Positions 1 to 10,187 of a stretch of 64,000 bases of DNA are shown piece after piece. This stretch comes from a virus: positions 1-64,000 of the IMG/VR virus record IMGVR_UViG_3300036823_000156. One strand, 5' to 3'. Positions within the stretch are counted from its first letter, which is position 1, and the number at the start of each line of letters is the position of its first letter. Made by a program: the position numbers and the translations under genes. The notes beneath the pieces were generated by a model. It did no database searches, was not told where the DNA came from, and saw only the letters and a program-made list of their open reading frames with translations.

Positions 1-149
1 CGTGGTGGCCGGGCGGGCATCTGTGCTGGTGGGGGTGGGGAGGGCGATTGCTGGGGTTGGTGTTGGTGCTGGGGGCGAGAGGGGGCTGGTTGGTAGGATT
101 GGCCGGGGATCGGGTTTGAGGCTGTCAGAGGCGTGATGGAGGGGCGGGA

Positions 150-425
150 ATGGGCGTTCAGTACGGGATGGGTGCGGGATCGTGTCGGTGTGGGGCGGTG
201 TGGACGGGGTCTCGACGGGCGCACTGCGGTGCGGGCGGCTGCCATCGGACGTTCACCAGTGTCAGCGCGTTCGACCGGCATCGGGCCCGGGCGGAGGACG
301 GTGACATCGTGTGTGTCGATCCCCTGAGTGACGGATTGGGATTGGTGTTGCGTGAGAAAGGAATGTATGGCTATCCGAAGATGAGCGAAGAGCAACGTGC
401 TCAGGCATTTGGTAATATGGACTAA
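150..425 (+). CDS. phage FDxHR-type zinc-binding protein
   Basis: CxC...HC..C HRTFTSVSAFDRHR motif typical of actinophage FDxHR Zn-binding proteins. Confidence 0.65.
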   Translation: MGVQYGMGAGSCRCGAVWTGSRRAHCGAGGCHRTFTSVSAFDRHRARAEDGDIVCVDPLSDGLGLVLREKGMYGYPKMSEEQRAQAFGNMD

Positions 426-919
426 CAATTTTATAATATTCGATAAATGTTTATTTATGTGTCTCGAACTGGACACATGGAGCAAGGCAAGCCTCTGACC
501 TGCGGTTATGCAAGATCAAATCCCAGTTGGACGTACACTGTGGACGGTCAGAAGCACTGTTCAGAGTGGACAGTGTGCATTGTTTCGACCATTGTTTCTG
601 TCCCCAACAATGGTCGAAAGAATGGCGCAAGAATGGTCGAAGAATGTCTGTTGATCAAGCGCTAGCGCTATCGACTGTAGGGGCAAACTTCAATTGGCTA
701 TAGACAGTTGATCATGCGAGATAATGCATTGTTGATCTTGGTCGGACGACCCCGGACCACGGTCCGATTTGCAGGTGCAAATCGCGTCGCATATGTAGGG
801 AAGGTCTCGACCGGCCGCAGACGACCCGAGCGACCAGCGCGCCTCGCCACGACACGCCCGTACGCCCTGATGTGCGTGTGTCTGAGAGCCTCGATGCCGT
901 CTCCGGTACTTGGACGCCA

Positions 920-951
920 GAGAGCCCCTGTGAGACGTCACAGGGGCTCTC
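920..951. terminator. perfect 14-bp inverted repeat (hairpin)
   Basis: GAGAGCCCCTGTGA-gacg-TCACAGGGGCTCTC. Confidence 0.5.
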
Positions 952-1414
952 AGAGCTTGATCTTTTAGAGCGCGTCCAGGTCGATCGGGACGACTGCCGG
1001 CACCGATTGGTGCCCGATATCGAGCAACAATGCGATTGCCGCCGTGCTGGCCTTGCTGCGCATCGCGTGTTTGGTGGTCGTGATCATCTCATGCGAGATC
1101 GAGGTGCCGTCCCGGTCGGCCCTAATGCGGACCTGTTCGGCGACCCGTCGCGCGGCGGCCAGATTGGGCGAGACGTGCCCGTCCCGCTGAGCGTCCGCCC
1201 GCCGTGCCCGCGCACCCCGGCCCTTGCGCGGACCGGGGTGCGGGGGGAACGCCCACAGCAGCCTCACTCAGCCGCCCGTCGCGCGATTGGGACACCGTGC
1301 GGTGTGAAGCGCGTTCCGCACCCCGGGCAGTGCCACCACACGTACGTGGTGACACTGTCGGGCACCGTGGGGTTGCCGTCGTTCGGGCAGACCGGGCCGT
1401 GCTCTGACACGCGC

Positions 1415-1756
1415 TCAGCCACCCGTCGCGACGTCGTGCGCGATCGAGAGGAGCGTGCTGAGCTCCTCGCTGTCGCCGGTCTCCTGCACGTGCCACGACT
1501 GTGACGCGTCCGGCCGGGCGGAGACGGTCCAGACCTCCGTGTCGTCGCTGTAGGAGCACTCGATCAGGTTGCCCGCGTTGACGTAGGCGTCCGCCGTGTT
1601 GCGGTACAGGTCGGCGTCGTTGAGGCAGACGACCAGGCCCAACGGGCCGTGCTCATCCTCCTCGCCCGTGGTGTCGATCTGGACGACCACGTACTGTCCG
1701 TTCTCGCTGGCCGCTACGGTCGCGGTGATGTCATCGGTGAACGTGCTGTCGGTCAT
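1415..1756 (-). CDS. hypothetical protein
   Basis: Acidic ORF with GGAGG RBS inside the repeated upstream motif. Confidence 0.7.
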   Translation of the reverse strand: MTDSTFTDDITATVAASENGQYVVVQIDTTGEEDEHGPLGLVVCLNDADLYRNTADAYVNAGNLIECSYSDDTEVWTVSARPDASQSWHVQETGDSEELSTLLSIAHDVATGG

Positions 1757-1837
1757 GGCTGTGCACCTCCGGTGAGTGGGCTTGTCCTGAATGGACAGCG
1801 GAGTGCCGGAAACTTGTTCCGGCGCAACGCAATCCGG

Positions 1838-2632
1838 TCAGTCCGAGATGCGTGGCGGGTGGTCGTCGCCGTAGCCGAACCCCTCGCGGTGTACCCACGT
1901 GCCGACGTTGTCCTCCCGGTAGCAGGGCAGGCCGCACCCCTCGCACTCGCGATCGTCGTCGGCCATCGGGTAGCTGATCTCCACGGTGACGTCGTTGGGG
2001 GCCTCCGCCGTGACCTCTCCGTCGCTGTGGACCATGACGGAGACCTTGCGCGCGCTGTCAGCTTCCAACTTGTCCATGGTGCGGTTGAACATCGCTTGCA
2101 GGATCTCGCGCTCCCGAGCTTCGGCCAGCACGATGATCGGCTCCGCGACACCCATCGCGCGCAGGGCGACCAGCGCACCCGGCAACGCTTGGGGGTGGGT
2201 GTGCATGATCAGCCGGGCAGCGGACACAGCGTCCGCGTTCGGCGGCGTGGTTTCCTGCGGAACGGCCATGCCGAAGAAGTCGAACACGGTGTCGAGCGCG
2301 CGCGGGGTGAGCGTGTCCCGTGCGTCGCACAGGGCCTCATAGACCACGTTCAGCGCGGCGGAATCGGGCACGGTCACGTTCAGCGCGTCGACCTCCGTGC
2401 CGTCGCCCAACGTGCCGTGTTCGACCCCGGACAAGGTGTTCTCTCCGATCGTGTGGCCGTTGGCGGTCACTGTCGCGGTGACGTCGACGTAGCGCCACTG
2501 ATCGGACTTCCACGCGACCATGTCATCGTCGGAGTAGCAGCCGAACTCATCCGGGTGGGTGTCGGTGTCCTCCGTGAGGACAACTTTCACGGTGAAATCC
2601 CGTGAGGTGTAGACGATCTTGCTGTCGATCAC
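1838..2632 (-). CDS. hypothetical protein
   Basis: 264-aa ORF, high-GC3 codons, AGGAGG RBS. Confidence 0.7.
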   Translation of the reverse strand: MIDSKIVYTSRDFTVKVVLTEDTDTHPDEFGCYSDDDMVAWKSDQWRYVDVTATVTANGHTIGENTLSGVEHGTLGDGTEVDALNVTVPDSAALNVVYEALCDARDTLTPRALDTVFDFFGMAVPQETTPPNADAVSAARLIMHTHPQALPGALVALRAMGVAEPIIVLAEAREREILQAMFNRTMDKLEADSARKVSVMVHSDGEVTAEAPNDVTVEISYPMADDDRECEGCGLPCYREDNVGTWVHREGFGYGDDHPPRISD

Positions 2633-2659
2633 TGTGTGCCTCCTGTGAGTGGGGTGGAA

Positions 2660-2860
2660 CTAGTTGTTGTCGGAGAAGAAGCCGGGCGTGCCGCGCCACT
2701 CCACACCGACGTTGTGCGTGTCGGTGCCGATGCGGACGCCGGAGTTGAGCGAGTGGCCGCCGCCGACCCCGTAGAAGGTCAGCAGGCCGGTCAGCAGGCC
2801 GGTCAGCACGGTGCCGGCGACCAGGGCGACGGCGGAGCCGATCAGGATGCGAGTGCGCAC
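2660..2860 (-). CDS. small membrane protein
   Basis: N-terminal hydrophobic segment; GGAGG RBS. Confidence 0.6.
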   Translation of the reverse strand: MRTRILIGSAVALVAGTVLTGLLTGLLTFYGVGGGHSLNSGVRIGTDTHNVGVEWRGTPGFFSDNN

Positions 2861-2948
2861 GGAGTACCTCCGGTGAGTGGGGTTGATCTTGGTTGTTCTG
2901 AGTGGACACTACGGCCGGGGGACGTTGTCCCCCGGCCGGGGAATCCGA

Positions 2949-3674
2949 TCAGTACAAGGCTTCCGGGTCGAACGTCAGGGAGAAGGTGTAAGAGGCGCAG
3001 TCGTTGCCCTGGACGACGAACACGATCGTGTTCTCGCACTCCCGGTCGTACTCGGACAGCAGGGACTCGACCGTGGCCATGTCCGACCCGTCGCCGAAGT
3101 GGGCGCAGTCGGACGCGTCTGCCCAGTCGTGCGTGGTCTGGACGAACAGGTCGAACGCTGCTCCGTACTGGTCGGCCAAGAAATCATCCTGGTGTTCGAT
3201 CCGGCGACGGGACAGGAAGTCTCCCCACATCTCGACCACCCACGTGCCCGGGCGGCAGTTCGTGTCGGTGCAGCGGTAGAGCGCGAAGTCGTCCGGCACC
3301 TCCGCCGTGTCGAACAGGTGCTCGGTCGCCAGGAGCCACCTGGGGCCCCACTGCGGCTCATCGCGGTACAGCGGCGCGCGCCGCGAAGCGTCCGCGTCCG
3401 AGTTGCGGTGCAGTGCGGACAGCTCGGAGGCCAGCGCGTTGAGTTGCTCCGACCGGTTGTAGGCGTTGGCGGAGTCCTCCCATGCCTTCTCCGCCAACGC
3501 GTCCATGGCCTCTTCGTGCACGTGCTCGGACACCTGGTCGATCTCCCGTGCCGCGTAGTCCAGTGCGGCGGACAGGCTGTAGGAGGCGAACGGGTCGTCA
3601 TCGCCCGCGTGCCGGAGCACGTGCCAGTGCGCGTCGTACTTGTCGTCGGCCGCGTCGTCATGCGTGATCTTCAC
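2949..3674 (-). CDS. hypothetical protein
   Basis: GTG start after repeated motif; acidic ORF. Confidence 0.65.
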   Translation of the reverse strand: MKITHDDAADDKYDAHWHVLRHAGDDDPFASYSLSAALDYAAREIDQVSEHVHEEAMDALAEKAWEDSANAYNRSEQLNALASELSALHRNSDADASRRAPLYRDEPQWGPRWLLATEHLFDTAEVPDDFALYRCTDTNCRPGTWVVEMWGDFLSRRRIEHQDDFLADQYGAAFDLFVQTTHDWADASDCAHFGDGSDMATVESLLSEYDRECENTIVFVVQGNDCASYTFSLTFDPEALY

Positions 3675-3751
3675 TGTGTCTCCCTGGTGAGTGGGCTTGT
3701 CCTGAATGGACACAGCGCGGGCCCGTGGCAGTCGGGCCCGGCTGAGAGCGT

Positions 3752-4183
3752 TCAGAGCCAGCGGTGGTCGAACCGGTAGCCGCCGTCCGTGTGGGTCATG
3801 CTGCCCGCGACGCGCGGCGGGTGCGGGCGGTTGTCGTGATCGTTGCTGTGACACGTCTCGCCATCGCAACGGTGACCCTGGGGGTAGGCCACGCGGCCGA
3901 CGTTGTAGGCCAGCGCGTACCCCATGTCCATGCCGGCGCCGGTCATCTTGACACCGCCGCGCTTGTCGGTGCGCTCGCCGATGGCTCTCGCGTACAGGTG
4001 CGACAGCGACGCGGGTTGGTTGTCCAGCATGACCACCACGTCGATCACGCGCGTCATGCCGGAGGAGGAGACGTGTCGCAAGATCGTGTACAGCGTGCGG
4101 TCGGTGGCCTGATCGAGCAAGCCGCGCAACGTCGCGCGTGCCTCATCGCGCTCGGCCTGCTGGGCCTTCGTGATGCGAGCCAT
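3752..4183 (-). CDS. conserved-type phage hypothetical protein
   Basis: YTILRHVSSSGMTRVI...GAGMDMG pattern seen in phage early proteins. Confidence 0.7.
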   Translation of the reverse strand: MARITKAQQAERDEARATLRGLLDQATDRTLYTILRHVSSSGMTRVIDVVVMLDNQPASLSHLYARAIGERTDKRGGVKMTGAGMDMGYALAYNVGRVAYPQGHRCDGETCHSNDHDNRPHPPRVAGSMTHTDGGYRFDHRWL

Positions 4184-4284
4184 GGTGTGCCTCTCGGGTG
4201 GGTGGTGCGGGTGAGTGGAACGACACGAGCCTAGCGGAGGTTAGTGCACATTTTGCCTGTTGTGATGCGAACGTTATAGATCAA

Positions 4285-4533
4285 CTACACGTGGCCGATC
4301 TTCGCGTCGTTCAGGTAGGCGCGGTACTGGCCGGGCGTCACGGCGAGCGTGACCGACTGCTGGACGTCCGTGCCGGGCCCGGCCGCGTCGCGTGCCGCGT
4401 CCAGCGTGGCGAGCTCGCCCCGGTAACCCTGGTCAGCGAACGCCAGTACGCTGCCTTCGTCAGACAGGATGATGAACCCGCGTCGCGGGTTGCCGTTCGT
4501 GTCGTTCTTCGTCTCGATCTTGACTGCGATCAT
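4285..4533 (-). CDS. hypothetical protein
   Basis: NDTNGNPRR motif; GAGAGG RBS. Confidence 0.65.
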   Translation of the reverse strand: MIAVKIETKNDTNGNPRRGFIILSDEGSVLAFADQGYRGELATLDAARDAAGPGTDVQQSVTLAVTPGQYRAYLNDAKIGHV

Positions 4534-4627
4534 GGTGTGCCTCTCGGGTCGGTGGTGCGGGGGACTGACGGTCCGAGGTAGCGGCCACACGGCGGTGAGA
4601 CGTGCTGTGTGGCCGCTGCACTGACGG

Positions 4628-4933
4628 TCAGGCCGAACGGGGGAGACCGGCGAACGGATCGGCCAGCGGAGCCCCTGCGGACGACTGAGAGGCCCTTGCG
4701 ATGACCTCGAACAGGATCGGCCTGCCGTCGATCAAGGTCTCCAAGCTGAACGCGTCGCCCGGGGTGGCCGCAGCAATCGCCTCCGCCAGCGCGACGGGAG
4801 CGGAGCGCGGGAAGTCGTGCGACTGCGCCAGCATGTCGAACAGGACGCGCACGGACTCTCGCGCGGCGTGCCAGTCGGACGTGACCGACATGCGCTGGCC
4901 GTCCGCGTAGACGCTGTAGGTGCTCGTGATCAT
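4628..4933 (-). CDS. hypothetical protein
   Basis: ORF with RBS motif upstream. Confidence 0.6.
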   Translation of the reverse strand: MITSTYSVYADGQRMSVTSDWHAARESVRVLFDMLAQSHDFPRSAPVALAEAIAAATPGDAFSLETLIDGRPILFEVIARASQSSAGAPLADPFAGLPRSA

Positions 4934-5036
4934 GGTGACTCCCGGTGAGTGGGTGTGGATCCGGACTGACGGTCCGAGCGACCACCCGGGCGGACGGCGG
5001 GGGTGGAGCGTGCCCGTCCGGGTGGTCGACTGACGG

Positions 5037-5252
5037 TCAGAAGGTCGGTGTCCGCAGGGCCTCGCTGGCCTTCTCGCGCATGGTCATGGCTTGCGCGGTC
5101 CAGCGGCGAGCCTCCGAGAAGTCAGCCTCTCGGATGGCGGTGCGGGCCAGCACCTGGCAGCGGCCTGCCGCGTCCAGGTAGTAGTCGCACCAATTCTGCG
5201 GCGTGAACGTGTCGAACAACGTCGGGAACGTGTCCCGTGCCAGGGCGTTCAC
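5037..5252 (-). CDS. hypothetical protein
   Basis: 4-nt overlap with the upstream gene. Confidence 0.5.
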   Translation of the reverse strand: MNALARDTFPTLFDTFTPQNWCDYYLDAAGRCQVLARTAIREADFSEARRWTAQAMTMREKASEALRTPTF

Positions 5253-7324
5253 AGCGAGCGGAACAGCGTCGTCACCACGTGGTCGACGGCCGCGTCGTGC
5301 GCGTCGTTGACCATGCCCGAACCCTGCTCCCAGTAGAAGTAGTTCTCCTCGTACGCGTAGTACTTCTCACGGAGCAAGTCCTCCACCGACTCGCCGGCAC
5401 CCAACGGACGCGGCATGAGCGCGCTCAGCGTGTCGTCGTCGGTGTCCTCCGCGTTCAGCGTCCGGCCGACCTCGTCACGGACCGCGCTGGACAGGTAGGC
5501 GTCCCATGCCCCTTCCGCGTAGTGGTTCTCCAGCTCGGACAAGTCCTCTTCGGACAGGACGGGGTAGTCCTGGAGGGACGTGGCCAGTTCGGTGGCGACG
5601 ACGAACGGGTACGTCAGCCGGGTGTGCTCCTCGTCTTCCCACACCCTGACCAACAGGTGGTCGACCGTGCCGACCAACCAGTGTCCCATGTTGGTATCAC
5701 GCACGTACTCGTCCGGCTCGACGTCCGCGAACACGCACGCCTCCCGGATGGCGGCCAGCGCGACACGGTAGTTGGACTCCTCCACGGGGTCGCTGGCCGC
5801 CGACTGGCCGAACGTCATTCCCCACGTGTCGAACAGGTCGACGTCGCCGAAGTAGCCGAAGTCTGACGGTCGGGTGGTCGCCTCGCTGGCCGCGCCGGTC
5901 AGTGTGTCGACGTCCAGGTCGGTCCGCTCGGTCGCGGGCAGAGCGCGCCACTGCGCCATCGTGATGAGCTCGTGACGGCGGAACGTCTCCCGGGCGTACT
6001 GGGAGAGCCGTAGCGAGCTACGCCCCCACAGTTCGACCGTGACCGTGCCACTCTCGCAGGCCACCACGCGGCCACCACGGCGGACGCCCTGGCGACCGGG
6101 ACGCGGGTCGTATTCGGTGACCGACGTGCCCAGCGGCAGCGTCACGCTGCCCTGATCGTGGGTGAAGATGTGGAACTTCAGACCGTCCACTTCGGACGAC
6201 AGGACACCGTTCCCGTGGAGCCCGGTCAGGATCTTGGTCAGCCGGTCGTGCGAGTACTCCGAGAGTCCGCGTGCGCTGATCATGGCGCGCTCACGGGCGA
6301 CCTCCGCCCGGATACCCTCTAGTGCGGCCTGATAGCCCGTGTACGGCCCGAAGTTGACCCAGGCCATGGCAGCGTCGTAGTCGGTGCGCGCGACCGTGCT
6401 GGACCGCCTGCCGTACCACACAGCGTCGTCCGGCGCGGCCAGCATCCGCTCATCGTGGAGCAGGTGCATCGCGATGTCGGCCGTCCGGGTCGCGTCCGCT
6501 TCGTGGGCGAGCGTCTCCGCGTCGGCCAGGATGCGTTCCGTGCTGAGAGCCTGTAGGGCGACCCACCCGGACGCGGTCACCTGGACCACGTAGCCGTTCT
6601 GAGCGACCGCTTCACGGGAGCGCAGCGCGGCGATCGTGGTGCGGATGGTGCCACCCTTGCGAGTGTCGAACCGGCCGTGCTCCGCGACGTAGGCGAGCGC
6701 GTCCAGCATGGTCGCGGAGTACTGCGACGCGACGGACAGCTGAGCCTGTCGGCGGCCGACAGCGGCCCGCACGGCGGGGTCTACGGCGGGCGCTGCCACG
6801 GTGGTGTTGTCCCGCGTGCCGGTCTCCCACTCCGCCACCATGGCGGCCAGTTCGGCCTTGCGGAGGCTGGACAGCGGAGCGATTTCCATCCCCCTGGTGA
6901 CCTCTACGACGTGCGCGTAGAGGTCGGCCCGCGTGCGGGACAGCGCCATGTCGTAGAGGTCGCTGTCGAACGTGTAGGAGCCGTGTCCGGTGACCGCCAT
7001 CGTGAGACGCTTCACCGGAGCCACGATGGTCACGGTCGGCACGGTGGAGTTGTACTCGTCAGCATCGGCTTCCGCGTTGGCCAGGATGTGCGGCAGGTCC
7101 GAGCTGTCGCCGTGCGCGGCCAGCGCCGACCAACCCTCTGCGGTCAGCCGGGCCAGCGTGCCGCTGGGGATGGTGCCGTTGACCGTCAGCTGACCCACGA
7201 TGGCGCCTCGCGTGACCAGTGCGGTCACGGTGCTGGCACCCATGGAGGCGCTGACACGGCCGCTACGGGCCACCCATGAGAGCGCGGTGATCATGTTGTG
7301 CGAGTAGGTGGTCTTGCTGCTCAT
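5249..7324 (-). CDS. large multidomain hypothetical protein with internal repeat
   Basis: 691 aa; two related segments MITALSWVARSGR..GWSALAA and MLDALAYVAEHGR..GWVALQA; acidic C-terminal domain. Confidence 0.7.
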   Translation of the reverse strand: MSSKTTYSHNMITALSWVARSGRVSASMGASTVTALVTRGAIVGQLTVNGTIPSGTLARLTAEGWSALAAHGDSSDLPHILANAEADADEYNSTVPTVTIVAPVKRLTMAVTGHGSYTFDSDLYDMALSRTRADLYAHVVEVTRGMEIAPLSSLRKAELAAMVAEWETGTRDNTTVAAPAVDPAVRAAVGRRQAQLSVASQYSATMLDALAYVAEHGRFDTRKGGTIRTTIAALRSREAVAQNGYVVQVTASGWVALQALSTERILADAETLAHEADATRTADIAMHLLHDERMLAAPDDAVWYGRRSSTVARTDYDAAMAWVNFGPYTGYQAALEGIRAEVARERAMISARGLSEYSHDRLTKILTGLHGNGVLSSEVDGLKFHIFTHDQGSVTLPLGTSVTEYDPRPGRQGVRRGGRVVACESGTVTVELWGRSSLRLSQYARETFRRHELITMAQWRALPATERTDLDVDTLTGAASEATTRPSDFGYFGDVDLFDTWGMTFGQSAASDPVEESNYRVALAAIREACVFADVEPDEYVRDTNMGHWLVGTVDHLLVRVWEDEEHTRLTYPFVVATELATSLQDYPVLSEEDLSELENHYAEGAWDAYLSSAVRDEVGRTLNAEDTDDDTLSALMPRPLGAGESVEDLLREKYYAYEENYFYWEQGSGMVNDAHDAAVDHVVTTLFRSL

Positions 7325-7499
7325 CTGAGCTCCCGGTGAGAGGGGGTGGTGAGTGGTGGTGGGTGGTGCATGAGCCACGTTTCCCTAGCAGAGGTATCGG
7401 GTCAAGCACCGAGACCTGAACGTTATCAGTTCGTGTTCTGTTCGTTGTGATCAGTCGATGTCGATCATGGTCACCATGTGAAACCTAGTGAGTCACGAG

Positions 7500-7730
7500 T
7501 GATCAAGTCCACTGTGGAGCCTTACACTGTGGAGTGTCTAGTGTGGAGTGTCCACATGCGACCGTCCACTGTGGAGCCGTCCACTGTAGACACTCCTTTT
7601 TGGACAGCTTTGCTTCTGCAAAGGGTGGTTGTTGATCTTCGGAGGGCCGGCCGGATCAACTGTTAAAATTCTGAGCATTTTGAGGCGCCAAGGCTAAAAT
7701 TCCGAGCATTTTCCGGCACAAAGGCTATGT
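7500..7730. repeat. non-coding repeat cluster between divergent arms
   Basis: Several (GTC)CACTGTGGAG/GTGTGGAG copies at 7508-7595; direct repeat TAAAATTCYGAGCATTTT x2 at ~7664-7712. Confidence 0.6.
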
Positions 7731-7794
7731 ACAATAACCTGGAAAGTTAGTGTACACACAGGACACCACTTGACCGGTCATCTACGATGCACGC

Positions 7795-8133
7795 ATGAGT
7801 CTCGCGGCGTCGAAGGCGGCCACTGCGGCAGGCGGGCACGGCACCCTGCCGGCGAGCCTGCGCAGGTACTTCTCGCCGGCCGGAGCGGGCGGTCAGAAGA
7901 TCCAGTGGAACCGGTGCGGGGACTGGTACCGCTGCCAGGCTCTCCTGCGCAAGATCGCCGCGAAGCACCCGGGCTCGATCAAGCCGGAGGAGATCGACGG
8001 CCTGGCCGGCAACCTGCACCAGGAGTTCACCCACATGTCCACCGCCGCCCACGCCAAGCTGTGCGGGGGCCGCGACCACAAGGGCGGCACCCAGGGCACC
8101 GCGGCGTACCTGAAGGCCAACCCGGTACACTAA
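7795..8133 (+). CDS. hypothetical protein upstream of terminase
   Basis: KIQWNRCGDWYRC motif resembling small actinophage proteins near packaging/head genes. Confidence 0.6.
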   Translation: MSLAASKAATAAGGHGTLPASLRRYFSPAGAGGQKIQWNRCGDWYRCQALLRKIAAKHPGSIKPEEIDGLAGNLHQEFTHMSTAAHAKLCGGRDHKGGTQGTAAYLKANPVH

Positions 8134-8201
8134 CTTCCACCACCCGCACCCGCACGCACGAACCCGCACGCATGCGCACGCCCGCACGCTATGCTAGGGC
8201 C

Positions 8202-10187
8202 GTGACCGCGACCCCGACCAGACCCCCTGCCACAGGGAACCCCCTCCTGGTCGACGGCGGCGCGCCCACGCTCGTACTCGGGGACACCACTCTCCACAAC
8301 CCCACCCCGACACAGTTCCTGAAGGACAAGTTCGCGCTGCTGGCCGACCTGTACGCGACCGGGGCGCTGGGCACCTCGGCCGGCCGGCGGGAGGCCACCC
8401 GCTACGACGTGTTCCTCTTCGCCCTGATCTACGTGCCGCACTACCTGATCCTGGACACCACGGCCCAGACCGCCAACCAGGAGCACCCCTACGGCGGGAT
8501 CACCCTGTCCCAGTTCCATGTGGACGTGATCTCCTGCATCGAGGAGTGGGCCTTCCCCTCCACCCTGACCCGGCAGGACCGCGACGGTTTCGTCGCCCCT
8601 CGTGAATCGGGAAAAAGCTCATGGTTGTTCGGTATCGGGCCGCTGTGGGCGGGGGCGCACGGGCACCAGCGGTTCATCGTCGCGTTCTCCGACTCCGACG
8701 ACCAGGTCCAGAAGCACCTCGCGAAGTTCCACGAGAACATCGACAACAACCCGGCCCTGAAAGAGGACTTCCCCGACCTGTGCCGCCCGGCGCGGCGGGC
8801 CAACGGCAACGCGGTCAACGACAACAAGAACGAGTTCGTCTCCGAGTCGGGTTTCACCTTCTCCGCGCACACGGTCGACGGCAAGATCGTCGGCCTGATC
8901 TCGCACGAGAACGCCCGGCCGACGCTGATCATCCTCGACGACATCGAACCGTCGGAGGACAAGTACTCGCCGGCCCTGAAGGCCAAGGGCGTGCGGCGGC
9001 TGGCCGACAAGATCCTCTACCTGAACGAGCGGGCCCGGGTCGTGCTGGTCGGCACGGTGACGATGGCCGGGTCGATCATGCACGACGTGGTGCAGAGCGT
9101 GCTGAACCCCGGCGTCCGCCCGGATCCCGCCCTGCCGCCGCCGCCGGGCAACCCCTACCGGATGGGCAGCCTGGTCGCGGGGTGGATCCGGGAGCAGAAC
9201 TTCCGCGGCCACTACTACCCGGCCCTGTCGGTGGACCCGGCCACCGGGGAGCTGCAGTCCCTCTGGCCGGAGAAGTGGCCGGTCGTGGAGCTGGCGCCCC
9301 GGCTGGGCACCAACGACTTCATGAAGAACATGCAGAACAACCCGGTGGGCTCGGGGGACTTCTGGGAGATGGGCGACATCGTCTACACGGCCCCGCTGAC
9401 CGGCGTCACCCGGACCATCCTGGTGCTCGACCCGGCGGTCACCGCCACCGACACCTCCGACTACACCGGCGTGGCGGTCATCCGCTTCCAACCCGCCTCG
9501 CGGTCAGCCCTCACCCCCGCCCCGACCGAACCCCACCCCACCACCCCCGCCCCGCCCGACCGGGCGCAACTCGAACGCCAGGCCGCCCGGCGCGGGCGCC
9601 GCCTGCCCCCGAACCCCACCCCGGCCCAGGTGGACGCCTTCTACGAGGGCCTGCTGCTCCCCACCCCGACCACCCCGACCGACCCCACCTCCCCCGCTAC
9701 GTCACCCGCCGACCCGACCGACGTGTCCCGCTGCGAGATCGCCTTCGCCAACCGGGTCAAGATGAAGCCGCACCGGCTGCGGGCCTACGCCGCCCAGCTG
9801 CTCACCGACTTCCCCGAGATCGACATGATCTACATCGAGACCAACCAGGGGCAGGACTTCGTCGTCGAGCCGTTCTCCGACTTCCCCGTCCGCCTGGTGA
9901 CGGTCACCCAGTCCGAGCCCAAGGACGTGCGTATCGCGCGGCTGGCCCAGTTCTACAAGAGCCTGCGGCCTCGCGTACTCCACAGTGGACACTTCATCCC
10001 ACTGGAGGAGGAGATGTACGCCTACCCGCAGACCGCGAACGACGACACGGTCGACGCGGCGGCCTCGGGGGTCAACTACTTCCTGGACGCCGCCCGGCGC
10101 CAGCGCAAGACCAAGAAGGTCCGCAGAGGCCCCCGCCTCGCGGAGACCAACTCCTACATGCCCAGCACCCATCGGAGGGCGTCGTGA
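8202..10187 (+). CDS. terL: terminase large subunit
   Basis: Walker A APRESGKS, Walker B LIILDDIE, coupling motif VGT, nuclease VLDPA...DDTVDA; start codon uncertain (8172 or 8202). Confidence 0.9.
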   Translation: MTATPTRPPATGNPLLVDGGAPTLVLGDTTLHNPTPTQFLKDKFALLADLYATGALGTSAGRREATRYDVFLFALIYVPHYLILDTTAQTANQEHPYGGITLSQFHVDVISCIEEWAFPSTLTRQDRDGFVAPRESGKSSWLFGIGPLWAGAHGHQRFIVAFSDSDDQVQKHLAKFHENIDNNPALKEDFPDLCRPARRANGNAVNDNKNEFVSESGFTFSAHTVDGKIVGLISHENARPTLIILDDIEPSEDKYSPALKAKGVRRLADKILYLNERARVVLVGTVTMAGSIMHDVVQSVLNPGVRPDPALPPPPGNPYRMGSLVAGWIREQNFRGHYYPALSVDPATGELQSLWPEKWPVVELAPRLGTNDFMKNMQNNPVGSGDFWEMGDIVYTAPLTGVTRTILVLDPAVTATDTSDYTGVAVIRFQPASRSALTPAPTEPHPTTPAPPDRAQLERQAARRGRRLPPNPTPAQVDAFYEGLLLPTPTTPTDPTSPATSPADPTDVSRCEIAFANRVKMKPHRLRAYAAQLLTDFPEIDMIYIETNQGQDFVVEPFSDFPVRLVTVTQSEPKDVRIARLAQFYKSLRPRVLHSGHFIPLEEEMYAYPQTANDDTVDAAASGVNYFLDAARRQRKTKKVRRGPRLAETNSYMPSTHRRAS

